A DNA stretch of 64,000 nucleotides from Bilabrum cf. latius (GCA_965178125.1 OZ237756.1:682001-746000), one strand, 5' to 3'; shown: positions 1-11,959, counted from the stretch's first letter. Program-made: numbers and translations. Notes: generated by a model from the sequence alone, not told the origin.

Positions 1-189
1 GCTATACCCAGCGATAAACTGTATAGCAAAATCCATAAAGATTTAGATAATGAAGATAAGGATGTAGCAAGACATTCACGAGCTGAATTTTTGAAAAGTT
101 TTAACCCTAATGAGTATAGCGTGTATAATACGTTTGAAGGGCTTTCATAGATGGTTATGTCAGTCTATAATATGACCTACAGAGTGTAA
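1..189 (+). CDS. 3' end of a homolog of the element B P-loop protein (20384-21001)
   Basis: IPSDKLYSKI..SRAEFL..EYSVYNTFEGLSQMV aligns by eye with VPSHSLFEEI..SRTNLI..QYCVYSSFQQLEEFV; one in-frame TAG; TAA stop. Confidence 0.55.
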
Positions 190-225
190 TTATTTGAATA
201 TTATTAAAATATAAATTAATAATAT

Positions 226-1383
226 TTATTTAGTCTTATTATTAAAATTATCCTTTAGAGTTTTTGATATATTTTTAGCCGGCTCCGTTGTTATCTTCCA
301 TTGAATTAAATATTCATCTTGTCCCTCTTGATTCTTTCTTCTCTTTATTATTTTACCTATATCATTCTAATATTTTCTTTTAGTAGCCTCATCAACATAT
401 GAATCTTTCCATTTAACCCTGTATGTATTATTTTTATTCTTTCTTATCAATTTTTCAATTATAAATATATCTTGTGCTTTATTCTCGTATGGTTTAGATG
501 CTAATAACAACTAATCTCTATTAAAGTATGTATAGGGTATGCCCTCAATTTTATATAATGGGGGGTTATCTGGTTTTATTATTACTCTTTCAATTTTATA
601 AGGCTTTACGCTATATTTAATATCTCCCGCCCTAAATGCTCCGGTCTCCTTTATCCCTTCTATACTTCTAGGATAATCTAATCCTATTCTTACCATTTCA
701 CCCTCATTTAATACATCACATACTTCACCCTAACATCTAGGCGGTATATATGGTAGATTCTCCCTTTTCTTATTCAACATTTCCTATCTTGTTTTATAAC
801 GCTCGTTTAATATCTCCCTCAACTTTGGTATTAAATGTCTCCAGTTCGTAATAGTTGTCCCCGTTCTTATCTCCTATGAATTCAAATAATAAAATATAGC
901 TCTCCCTATTTCCTCATTCAATCTCTCCACCAAAGCCATCTACGATTTACGCTTCACTCTTGAAAATATATGCTCTATCTTATTCTTCTTTAGATATTCT
1001 TTAAATAATTCATTATCAAATTCTCCCCCTTTATCTGTTCGTATCATTTTAGGTTTCATTAAATAATTTCTTTTATAGATTTTTTGAAAAGCTTTTATCA
1101 CATCCTCCGCCCCTCTATCCTTTAACTCTTCAAAATCTAACGCTAACCCGCTCGTATCTATCACAACTAATAAATATTTTGAATCGTTCTTGGTAGCGTA
1201 AGGGAGATACAATAAATCAGCCTATTGGATAAGCCCCTCTTTAGTAGGTTTATAATATTTAACATAATTCAATCCTTTCGGTTTCTTTATCGGCTTCATT
1301 AAATCGTTCGTGATAGACTTCGTATTAAATCCAAAACTTGACTCATTAATATCATTATCTTTTTTCTTTCCTCTCTTACTCAT
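226..1383 (-). CDS. Retroviral-type (rve) integrase with chromodomain-like tail (element C)
   Basis: Single 385-aa frame with TAG=Q; Q[Q]ADLLYLP, YLLVVID, IRTDKGGEF and [Q]MALVERLN give the D-D-E triad; C-terminal EYLIQWK..TEP. Confidence 0.9.
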
Positions 1384-1423
1384 TATATATATTAATTGAT
1401 TTTAATATTTATAAATTAATTAT

Positions 1424-1795
1424 TCACGGATTAAATAATTTATTAATAGCTTCATTCGTTTTAATGTGCTCCTTGGTGTCTCTTATCTCCTAATGGATAT
1501 CAACCAACTTTAATTTTTCTTTCTTAGTGAGTCCGTTCATCCTTCCCTTCAATTCTTTTAAAGTTTTCATATAAGGGGCTATAGCTTCTGCTTTCTTTTT
1601 GCTCACCTCTTTATATTCCACATTAAGAGCGGTTAATTTACTATTCACTTTATTTTTTAATTCTGTCTCTTTTATTTTTAGTTGCTTTAACTTTTGTTCT
1701 AATTCACGATTGGTCTTCTTAAAGTCTTCTACAATATCAAGAAATTCATTCTTTAACTTTGAGCGGGTATTAATCACTTTTTGTAATTTATCCAT
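1424..1795 (-). CDS. Hypothetical Lys-rich coiled-coil protein
   Basis: ATG to TGA through one TAG; preceded by the shared TCTA upstream motif. Confidence 0.65.
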
Positions 1796-1800
1796 TTATA

Positions 1801-1837
1801 TATAATTACTAGATATTTTTTTTATTTTTTTTAAACT
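1801..1837 (-). promoter_or_regulatory. AT-rich TATCTAGTAATTATA upstream motif, copy 1
   Basis: 37 bp identical to 2141-2177; both copies lie just upstream of an ATG. Confidence 0.6.
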
Positions 1838-2135
1838 TCATTTTAACTCTTTGTAATTCTCGTGCTATTTCTAATTCCATCAATCCCCTTATTATTCTGC
1901 CATCGTGATAATCCTAAGATGAACAATGAATCAAATCATTCTAAACTGCCGGTAAAGGTATTCTATACATCAATTCATATTTAATAATCTCAAGCGTTAT
2001 TCTGCCTGTTCTCTTCTTCAAAGCTACCCCTAATAAGAGCGGTATTTGTTTATCAGAAACTCTTTTGAATGTCCCTCTAACTATTTTTAATATTCTGCTT
2101 ATACTCTTATCTGTATAAATTACTCTAAAATCCAT
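1806..2135 (-). CDS. Hypothetical protein
   Basis: 109 aa with TAG readthrough, ending in TAA; shared upstream motif. Confidence 0.6.
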
Positions 2136-2140
2136 TGGTA

Positions 2141-2177
2141 TATAATTACTAGATATTTTTTTTATTTTTTTTAAACT
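2141..2177 (-). promoter_or_regulatory. AT-rich TATCTAGTAATTATA upstream motif, copy 2
   Basis: Identical to 1801-1837. Confidence 0.6.
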
Positions 2178-2230
2178 ATAGAATTTTATAAAACGGGTTT
2201 AATAAAATAAAATAATAATTATAATAAAAC

Positions 2231-3028
2231 TTAATTAAAATTATCCTCTATCTCGTCTCGCTCCTCGTTATCCAATACCCAATCTAATCTTGAAGGGTGC
2301 CACGCTCTAGAAATTAATTCTTCTTTGATTTTTTTAGTTTGTTCAATTGTTTCATCTTTCCGCTCTTCTAATGATGGGATTAATGTCGTGGAATAATCAA
2401 TTCGTTCATCCTTAATTCCATTCTCCAAATGATTAAAACTAAAACAATTAGAAAACATACATTCCATATCTACAACATTTGAAACATCCCAGTTATTTAA
2501 AGGTTGATTTAGTGAATGGCAATCATAAAACATTCCGCACATATCTTTAACATTTGAAACGTTCCAATTATTCAATGGTTGGTTAAATGAATGGCAATCA
2601 TTAAACATTTCACTCATATCTTCAACATTTGAAACATTCCAATTATTCAATGGTTGGTTAAACGAATGACACTCATTAAACATACCGCCCATATCTTCAA
2701 CATTTGAAACATCCCAGTTATTTAAAGGTTGATTAAACGAATGACACCCATAAAACATATCGGTCATATCTTTAACATTTGAAACATCCCATGAATTTAT
2801 TGGTGATTCAATTATCATATTATCAAATAGGTTTAACATATTCGTAATAAATGTTGTTACTAATAATTCAGGTTTCAAAAACTACAATGCGTGAAGAAGA
2901 AAATCTGTATCTTTAGCTACGTAATATGTTTTACCTTCAAATTTCACAATATAATTATCTTTTCTAAAATAATATTCTTTTGGTTTTGTAGCTTTCAAGG
3001 TTCCATTTTCCCATTTTAAAACTTCCAT
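2231..3028 (-). CDS. DUF285/BspA-like repeat protein
   Basis: About five 25-aa repeats WDVSNVxDMxxMFxxCxSFNQPLNN; ATG at 3028 reached through one TAG. Confidence 0.85.
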
Positions 3029-3525
3029 TCTGTATATACCTATAATAAATATATTTTTTAAGTCAATTTAAACGCTCTATAACAATTTAAAAATAAAAGC
3101 GCGTTTGTTCCATTTGTGAAGGTATAAGCGAGGATAAGGGGGTATAATGAAGGTAGTTTAGAAGGTTGAATAATGGAGTCCCATAAAGTGATGGAACTTT
3201 TGGCTAGAAAATGGCTAGAGTCCCATAACACCTTCACAAGAGGGCTACATCCACGTTTTGATTAGAACTTACATATACTAATACGCAATTTATGGATATG
3301 GTCATCGTATAGAGTTTTATATATAATTGATTTTATATAATTAGAAGGATAAAGCAGTTATATGAAGTAGCAGTATGAAGAGGACCACCTTGACTTTTGG
3401 AGCGACTAGCTCCAAAAGGAGTGGAACGGACTGAAGAGCTTTAGCTCTGATGGACTGGAACTATTGATGATGTTAATCATCCTTAACCGAAGGGAATAAA
3501 TTTATTTATTACCGTAGCGGGGGGG

Positions 3526-3719
3526 TATTTTCTCTACGCTGGAGTTCCATACCTTCCACTTTCTTTTAATCGTTCAATTTTTGCCCTTTTCCTTATAAAA
3601 TCACTATATTCTGTTTCTAAATCTACGTCGTCCCTTGCCTGTAAATCTAACATTTTAGCATTGTCCAGTTCCCTCTCTAGGGCTTGCTGAATAAGAGCAT
3701 TCACTTTAGCAGTTTTCAT
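3526..3719 (-). pseudogene. 5' part of the 15552-16733 homolog, interrupted by element C
   Basis: Same MKTAKVNAL.. N-terminus; homology stops after AGAGAAAATA. Confidence 0.8.
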
Positions 3720-3782
3720 TTACTATAAGCTTTTATAAAAAGCTTGACCAAAAAATAAAAAAAAGTGTTTGTGTATAGTATA

Positions 3783-4022
3783 ATGGATATTGATAAGTGG
3801 ATTATATAGAGAACCAAACAACTCGCGCTATAGAAAGAACAAGACGCTTTAAATAGAGTTAAAAACCATCATATTAAAGTTGGGAAAGGCCGTAGTAAGC
3901 CTAAGCGGAAAGTGAGCGCCAAAATGAAACGCCGCAATAAACTTGTAAAAATGGTGATGTAGTAGACTGGTATGAGTTTACCTCAAGCAAGTCGGTATAT
4001 AAGAGAATAGAATATTATTTAA
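3783..4022 (+). CDS. Small basic putative core protein
   Basis: 79 aa with TAG=Q; GKG site followed by RNKLVKMVMQQTGMSLPQASRYIRE; conserved in B. Confidence 0.7.
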
Positions 4023-4051
4023 AGAAACTTTTATAACAAGTTTGACCAAAA

Positions 4052-4954
4052 TTATAGAAGGTAAGCCTACCTTTCTCCAATTAAATACCTCGGGTAATTC
4101 CTATGAACACAAACCCACCGAGAAGGCATTTTTAGGACTTTAGAGATTTCTTGTTTCTCAAGTCCAATATAATTTTTTAGTAAATACCTTAGAGAATGTG
4201 CGGAAGAACACTAAGGGAATATAACGAACTTATGACTTTCCGCAAGAATAATACGGGTACTTTTATAGTTGGTGGATAAATGACTTGTGATTAATACTGA
4301 AGTATTTGAGTGGCGACCAACCTATAATATTTCATCCTGTAAATGATTGAGGGCTTCCCTTAACTTCTTATCTTTGATTGTATCAATATCATCCAAGATT
4401 ACTAAGGCGTCCCTTAATTCCTAATGAATATCAATCGGGTTCTCCACCAGTTCCTCATTTAAAATAATCCTTTTCAGTCCTTTCACTTCATCTAAGACTT
4501 TATCCTACTATACTCGTGAAAATAAAATAATTCTCCTGTTTGGAAACATTCTATGATAATTCTTAGCATACTTGGAAACCCAAGTAGACTTCCCAGCACC
4601 TGATGGTGCGGTGATATATATTACCTCTCTTCCGTTTAAATTTGGTAATGATTGGAATTCACCCTATTTTAATGTAATCTCTTTATGTTTCTTTTCCTAT
4701 GCTTTTTCATACAAGTATTTGATGTCTTCGTCTAGGGGTTCGACCTGTTTGATTAAGTGTCGTGCTAATAAATCCATTTTCCTCTGCGGAAATCGTTTCC
4801 CTGTAAGTGATGATACTTGAAAATCCTAGAATGTAACACTATCATCTCCAAATTGGTTGTCTGTGTTTTCCGCTGTGTATAAAATACGTTTTCCGTGAGT
4901 GTCATATGCGATAGGTGATGATTTTGTAGTTTCCTTCCAAGAAAAATATGCCAT
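4052..4954 (-). CDS. Virophage packaging ATPase (A32/FtsK-HerA-like)
   Basis: 300 aa; Walker A APSGAGKS, Walker B LVILDDID, GRH motif. Confidence 0.93.
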
Positions 4955-5029
4955 TTTAGTGTATTTACTATATGTTTTTATATTTTCTAAAGTGTTTTGT
5001 CTTTTTGTTGAAAACTTATTTTGAATGAC

Positions 5030-5368
5030 TTAAACAGTTTCTAGATTTTGTGGGGACTTTTCCATTTCCTCTAGAACCTATGTTTGTAACTCTTTCCTTC
5101 GTTTTGGATTAATAGAATTCCGCAATACTCTTACATCACTTGACAACAATTTCCACTAAGTATATATTTTACCTCCATTCACCGGACAAATCTGTTGTCC
5201 TATCTCAAGCAATAATTCTATGTGCTCCTCAGTTTCTTCCTTTTTGGTTTTGAGTAGATTATACTACTTCTTAAGGTCAAAATATGCTTTCCTTGCAATT
5301 AAATAATCTTTATATACTTCCATATACCTTTTCCAATTACCATATTTCCTTGGTCGTCCTGCTGACAT
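5030..5368 (-). CDS. Hypothetical protein with N-terminal GRPRKY (AT-hook-like), absent from element B
   Basis: 112 aa with TAG=Q, ATG to TAA. Confidence 0.6.
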
Positions 5369-5542
5369 TTTTTTAATTGTGTCTGTGTATCGTTGGGGAA
5401 AATGTATCAATTTTTCTTGGGGACTTTTTAATACCGATTTGTTTTCCACAAATTCCTAAATGGATTTTGTAGAAATACTTCTACACTTAAATAGTGGTTA
5501 AGAGAATTCATCTCCCCCAATATATATGTATATAATAAATCT

Positions 5543-6097
5543 ATGGATTATGCTCTTAGCGATAGTGATATTCGTGTTCTCCTCCAAAATCCACCAAATA
5601 TTAAAGGATTTCTTCCTACGTCGGTAAATATTGTACCTTATACCGAATTAGGATAGTACAATAGTATTGATGGATTGTTTTCCCGTTGTAATTGTTGCAT
5701 TATTTTGTATCAAGAAGAAATAAACTCTGGACACTGGGTGTGCTTATTTAAGCGTAACAAAACAATATACTTCTTTGACAGTTATGGAATTCGTCCTGAT
5801 AGGCAATAGCAGACAATGAGTGAAAGCGTGCGGAAACGTTTTTATGAAGACCCTGAGTTAATTTATTTAATGTATCATTCTCCGTATAAGATTGACTATA
5901 ACCCATATTAGTTTTAGGCGGATGGAATGGATATAGCAACCTGCGGGAGACATTGTATAGTTCGTCTTTGGAATAGAGCGAAAAACGCTAATTAGTATAA
6001 AAAGTGGGTGGATAAGGTTTGTAAGAAACATACATTAAATCCTGATGAATTAGTGTATTTATTGACGTATCATCTTAATGATATACAGGAAATATAA
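5543..6097 (+). CDS. Adenain/Ulp1-like maturation cysteine protease
   Basis: 184 aa; GHWVCL, FFDSYG, F[TAG=Q], TCGRHC (H-D-Q-C). Confidence 0.93.
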
Positions 6098-6139
6098 ACG
6101 GGCATACATTAAATATTATTATATCACTTTATAGAAATA

Positions 6140-6451
6140 ATGCGTTGGACTTCAAAAGACCAAGATAAATGTATGAGATTAAGAAATAAAATAGAAGACA
6201 AAATATGTAATTTAAACGTCAAACAAGGTGTTCTATCAGAAACAGCAATTAAGGAAATTTAGAGTTTATTTTATAATATAACATTATTTGAAAAGGAACC
6301 TGAGAAGTATCATGAACAAATTCAATCACTGACAAATATGGTGGAAAACATTATATTTGAAGAGCAAGTAGAGTATCTTGTAAAATAGGCGAAAACACGA
6401 ATTCTTAACAAAGACGAAATCAAAGAGATAATCGGTAATGTATCTAAATAA
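6140..6451 (+). CDS. Hypothetical protein, absent from element B
   Basis: 103 aa with two TAG, ATG to TAA. Confidence 0.6.
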
Positions 6452-6511
6452 TAAAGATGATATTAAGTCCCCATAAAATTCTGATGCTTCTTGCTGTTAA
6501 AATGGTGTCAT

Positions 6512-7004
6512 TTATGAACTCCAAAGGTAAAAATGTGAGAAGAACTTTGGGGTTCTTGGTTTTACTTCGATACCGTGTCGTTTGAAGTATCTAAATTGGC
6601 GGTCCGTATCTAAATGATTTAAATGGCTGTAATACCCTATTCTATCGTAAAATTGCTAATACCGCCTATCACCAAACGATGTAATATATTCTGATCCTAA
6701 CGCCGGATGGGGTTCGGTGTTGATGCCAGAGTGGGAGCGCGTGAACGTCTCGTTGGGTTCCGATGGCGGTTGCGACCGGGAAGGTGCGACCAAGCCAACG
6801 GATTGCTTGCGATGACGCGCATACCCTCTCTGTGTTCAGGAGAGGGGCGGAGATTGGGTAATTTTTGCGAGACTAGGTTGCGCGTACACTCTGGCATCAA
6901 TCATTTTCGTCAAAAACATCATACTTCTTATTCTTGCGTCTTGAGGGTGCTTTAAATTGAAAATTTTCAACAACCTTTTCAAAATCGTAGGTATGTGGCT
7001 TCAT
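6512..7004 (-). pseudogene. DUF5754-like gene disrupted by a 208-bp insertion
   Basis: Matches intact 13312-13596 except for the insert at 6692-6899. Confidence 0.8.
6692..6899 (-). mobile_element. 208-bp GC-richer non-autonomous insertion with asymmetric inverted repeat (Helitron2-like?)
   Basis: Absent from B; 13-bp IR TGATGCCAGAGTG (6721-6733) / CACTCTGGCATCA (6887-6899); no TSD. Confidence 0.7.
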
Positions 7005-7206
7005 AAGTACTTTATAGTATAGTCTTCTACTTATATCAAAGCCCGAGCTTCTTGTATTCCTTTAGTTTTTCGTGTAATTTTTTCCAAATACGTGGATTAA
7101 TTTGCTTGACAATATGCTCTATCATCAACTCCTTTAAAAATGGGTTCATTTACTATAGTGATATAGAATGGCTTAAATTATCATCTCTTGGGAAATCCTT
7201 GGAAAA

Positions 7207-8250
7207 TTAATTTTAATATTTCTTTGTATCCTATATTGTCAAAATTTTTCAATCAATTTTTGTGTTTTTAATTGGAAAACAATTATAATTTGTTTTTTAT
7301 TTTCCTTTTGATTTTTATGGTGGCATCATAGGAGTTACAACATTTAATTTTAATCTTTGAAAAAGATATCAAAAGAGCGGAGGGCAAAGCCCGAGCATCT
7401 TGGGAACTTAATTTATTCTTTCTAAGTCTCTTATAATTGACCTGTAAAATTGACAAGTTTTTTGGGGACTTTTCGAAAGGGACTTAAAATACGTTTTCGT
7501 TTTCCTTTTAATTTTAATGGTGGCATCATTGGAATTATAACATTTAATTTTAATTGGAAAATATATTTATTCTTTCTAAGTCTCTTATAATTGACCTGTC
7601 AAATCTCTCAATTTTTGGGGGACTTTTCCAAAGGGACTTAAAATACAATTATAATTTGTTTTCGTTTTCCTTATAATGTATCATCTCTTGGGTAATCGGT
7701 TTGGTTGCTTCGGAGAACAATTTAGTCGCTTGGGAAATCCTTGGGAAATCCTTGGGAAATCCTTGGGAAATCCTTGGGAAATCCTTGGTCGGTTCATCGG
7801 TCGGTTCATCGGTTTGTCGCTTGGTGTAACTACCTTGTTCTCTTGATAAAATACCTTGTTCTCTTGGGAAAATCCTCGGTTGGTCTCTTGGTCTCTTGGG
7901 AATTCATCCTTTCGTTCCTACAGCAAACACAGAGAGGTTTTTGACACTTGGTTAATTTCTTCATTTTTTCCTACTTTACTAAAACATCTCTGTCTTTGCT
8001 GTTAGAGTTTATAAGGGGGATAAAGATTAGAATTCTTCAATTTACCCCTACTTCGTAGGAGTAAATTTTATATCTGAAAATGGGTACATAGAGGGGTTCT
8101 ATAGGGGTTCTTGGGGAACCCCTTGGGAAATCATCTAGGTTTATAGGGAAAACACTTGAGTTGCTAAATATGCCTTTAAAGGAGGGGCGAGCGTAGCGTA
8201 GCCCTCGTCCTCAACGCTTGGTGTACCTACCACCACCCGTTGTCCCCCCC
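7207..8250. repeat. TIR of element A
   Basis: Near-identical to 27975-28886; contains 11-bp CCTTGGGAAAT tandem repeats. Confidence 0.9.
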
Positions 8251-8460
8251 CTGCGTCGCATCTTAGCGTCACAGGCCGTGCCAGAGAAGAACGCTACTGG
8301 CTTGGGCTGCTTCTGTATTTCTTTGCTAATCCTGTCTAGCGCAGAGGCTGATCTCTCTCTTTCCCCAGTGTAGACTCGAACCGGAATGACACCTCGCCGG
8401 TCGATCACAGGATCACGCCAGTATCAGCTGAACGTTCGCGAACGAACAGCTGACCCTGCC
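8251..8460. repeat. Internally deleted copy of host repeat 29817-30778
   Basis: 8251-8415 matches 29817-29980 and 8413-8460 matches ~30728-30775. Confidence 0.85.
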
Positions 8461-11400
8461 CGGTTCGAGCTGCCCGGGCTAAACTTGCCGGCTGCTCCTC
8501 TCTGGACCGTTTAGGAGCACTCGCATGAAATCGTGTTCGGTGAGGTAGATGCAGGACGTAGATATGATATGATATATATGGGGGGATGTTCTAGAGACAT
8601 TAGAATATGTCGTGGGGATCAGGTGGGGATAGTGATGTGAGGGATCCTGCAGAGAAGCGCCTGTAAGCCTGATGGTTGGATGTAGTTTCGATTGCGATGG
8701 ACCACCTCTGTTCCTGGCAGCCTAACCTGGATCCAATTACCCGCAGTCCTTTGTTGGCATTGCATTAATCCTGCCGATTTCCCCGCTACAGCCTCACCAC
8801 AAGCGCACGTGACGGCTTCATCCGCCCCTTCACACGGCCTCGGCCACCGGATGCTCTTCATTCGCATCGATCGCCTTGTCGTCTTTCTTGGCAATCCCTG
8901 GCTTCGTGTTCCTGCATTTAAAGAAGTAGGTGGCTGCTCCCACCGTGACGGCAATGACGACGACCACCACCACCACGATGATGATGACCATGCTGGCCCC
9001 TCCCTCGTCGCCATCCTCGTCCGTGGAAGGAGCCACAGCCTCCTCCACTTGCTGGTCCTATTCTTGTACGGTGACCTCCACGGCAATACTCGTCGTATCA
9101 ACCGCGAGTAGCTGGGCTATCTCGGCGGGCGCAGCCATCCTGAGCAGCTCCACCAGCGTATTGTCTTCGGACGTGGTCCTGTTGCCCCGCATGAAGTCCA
9201 GGATGTCCTGCCTTGTGTTCTCCGCGTCGGTGCGCTCCAGCAGAATTGTCACGGTGAAGTCCAGCTCGGTGGCGGAAACACCATTTTCCTCTGAGCCCGA
9301 GGCCTGAAGGGAGCGGCTCCTGCTGGTCGAGGACGGGGTCAGCCGGTCGATGGCCACATCATCGCTTCTGGCCACTTCCCCGACGGCAGTGATGAAGGGA
9401 GTCAGCAGGTTCGACTGGAAGATGGGCGTGGTCACGCTCTACACCCTAGTCCCGGATACCCTGATGCGCCTGCCTTTGCTCCTCACGGGAGCCGTGCACG
9501 TGTTACTGCTGGCCGAGCACACGAGTCCACTGGCGCAGTTGGCTGCGGCGATGCAGGTCCTGCCCTGGGCGCACAACGGACAGTCCTCAGCAGACGCGTC
9601 CCCGCAGTCAATGTCGGTTTCCTGGCCGTTGGTCTCGCCATCACTGCATGTCGATCCTGCGGCACTACCGGTGCTGGATGTGCTCGGCATGGGCGAGGTG
9701 CTGGGACTGCTGGTGATGCTCGGCGTGGGCGAGATGCTGGGGCTGCTGGATACACTCGGCGTGGGCGAGGTGCTGGGACTGCTGGTGATGCTCGGCGAGG
9801 GCGAGGTGCTGGGGCTGCTGGATACACTCGGCGTGGGCGAGGTGCTGGGACTGCTGGTGATGCTCGGCGAGGGCGAGGTGCTGGGGCTGGGACTGCTACT
9901 CGGGGTGGTCGACGGCGACGGCGACAGCGACGGCGATGGTGATGGCAGTTCCCATTCATTAAAGAGGATCCAAGTTGCCCCTCGGCCTCCCGTTATAAAA
10001 TTACTACCATCGTTGGCTGCCCCGACTGCGAAGTCGGTGGTGCCATCTCCGTCCAGATCGCCTAGGGATGCCACGGAAGATCCGAAGTAGCCCTTATCGT
10101 CCAGCTCGCCGGTGAAGCCGCCTTCCGTATCGGAGATCTTCTGGTGGTACTTGACGGTGCCGTTGGCGTTCAAGAAGAGGATCCAAGTTGCCCCACGGCC
10201 CTGCCCTCCATCATCATCTCCGCGCGCCCCCACTGCGAGGTCGGTGGTGTTATCTCCGTCCAGATCGCCTAGGGATGCCACGGAAGATCCGAAGTTGTCA
10301 AAGTTGTCCAGCTCGCCGGTGAAGCCGCCTTCCGTAGAGGAGATCTTCTTGTGGGACTTGACGGTGCCGTCGGCGTTCAAGAAGAGGATCCAAGTTGCCC
10401 CACGGCTCTCTCCTCCATCACTATCGCTGCCTGCCGCCACTGCGAGGTCGGTGGTGCCATCTCCGTCCAGATCGCCTAGGGATGCCGCGGAAGATCCGAA
10501 GTAGCCGTAATCGTCCAGCTCGCCGGTGAAGCCGCCTTCCGTAGAGGAGATCTTCTGGTGGTACTTGACGGTGCCGTCGGTGTTCAAGAAGAGGATCCAA
10601 GTTGCCCCACGGCGATTTCCTCCATCACCATCGTTGGGCGCCCCCACTGCGAGGTCGGTGGTGTTATCTCCGTCCAGATCGCCTAGGGATGCCGCGGAAG
10701 ATCCGAAGTAGTCCCCATCGTCCAGCTCGCCGGTGAAGCCGCCTTCCGTAGAGGAGATCTTCTGGTGGTACTTGACGGTGCCGCCGGTGTTCAAGAAGAG
10801 GATCCAAGTTGCCCCACGGCTCTCTCCTCCATCATTATCGTACATTGCCCCCACTGCGAGGTCGGTGGTGTTATCTCCGTCCAGATCGCCTAGGGATGCC
10901 ACGGAAGATCCGAAGTTGTCAAGTCTGCTCAGCTCGCCGGTGAAGCCGCCTTCCGTATCGGAGATCTTCTGGTGGGACTTGACGGTGCCGTTAGTGTTCA
11001 AGAAGAGGATCCAAGTTGCCCCACGGCCGTCTCCTCCATCATCATCTCGGCTTGCCCCCACTGCGAGGTCGGCGGTGCCATCTCCGTCCAGATCGCCCAG
11101 GGATGCCACGGAAAATCCGAAGTTGTCCGCACTGTCCAGCTCGCCGGTGAAGCCGCCTTCCGTATCGGAGATCTTCTGGTAAGATTTGACAGTCAAGGTA
11201 GCGTCTGTCGTACTCAGCTCTCGCCTCAAAGGGCGCTTTGCTGTCACATCCACTACGAGGTTGTACCCCATCGCAGCGAATGCAGTTGGGGCAGCCGCCA
11301 CGGCCGCCGCAATGATACTGCAACAAGCAAATAGAGCGGATTCTAAAACATTAGGTTTTGATGTATGGTTTTATCTACCGCAATGCTGCCAGGTGCACGA

Positions 11401-11907
11401 GATAAGAAGAGGGTGTAAGCCGCTGCAAGCGATTTCACAGTCCAACCGTTCTGCTCACAGGCATGCATTCGTGCCAAACGTCAGAGACATTTTTGTTAAT
11501 ATCCGGATGTGGTTCTTCCAGCTGCGATGCTTCGAAGGGCATGAATCAAATGAATGGAGCAGAATCGAGTCGGAGCAGTGAAGGGACAACAAGCCTGGCG
11601 GTACTCGCAGGACACCATGCTTGGAGCTGGCAGTGTGCAACTGCTATGGAGTAGTTGGTGGATCGTGTTTGCTTTGTGACACTATGATATACCGACAAGT
11701 TTTACGTGAAGTGTAGATGGGCCCTGGCTCTTCACACTGTAGTCCAGCAGGCGGCATCCATATGGATCAACGATACGAATACCAAACGGCATCAGAACGT
11801 GTGGTCTTTAGAGTACTAGTAAGATGCTTTATCTCACGTACGAGGCTGGATGTTGCAAGGGGCTTGGGGTGAGACCTCTCGAAAGCTGTATCAGCTGAAT
11901 CAAGACT
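8461..11907. repeat. Segmental duplication, paralog of 42774-46225
   Basis: Direct near-identical copy including the FG-GAP gene and flanks. Confidence 0.92.
8830..11301 (-). CDS. Type I membrane protein: FG-GAP (integrin-alpha-like) repeats, S/T/P linker, Cys-rich module, TM helix; start uncertain
   Basis: Three track ORFs are one frame joined by TAG; repeats FGSSVASLGDLDGDGTTDLAVGA; hydrophobic VIIIVVVVVVVIAV; TGA stop. Confidence 0.85.
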
Positions 11908-11959
11908 AGACTAGATAATCACACACAACAAAACCTAGGTTTTACCCTACAAATTATTC

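Larger units (their letters stand above)
1..3525. mobile_element. Element C: end portion of an AT-rich virophage-like element, apparently nested in element A
   Basis: Very AT-rich; own rve integrase; ends in ACCGTAGCGGGGGGG (G7 at 3519-3525) exactly where homology to element B stops in mid-ORF; non-coding 3030-3525 is the probable TIR. Confidence 0.75.
3526..8250 (-). mobile_element. Element A: partial endogenous virophage, inverted sibling of element B
   Basis: Near-identical reverse complement of 12096-15745 apart from indels; ends TTGTCCCCCCC at 8250 with an abrupt switch to GC-rich DNA. Confidence 0.92.

Noticed and set aside
6692-6899. Spliceosomal intron or solo LTR
   Set aside because: No GT-AG in gene orientation; TG..CA ends but no TSD
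9350-11334. Plus-strand ORFs over FG-GAP genes and minus-strand ORFs over ARM genes
   Set aside because: Antisense shadows of GC-rich repeat-coding genes
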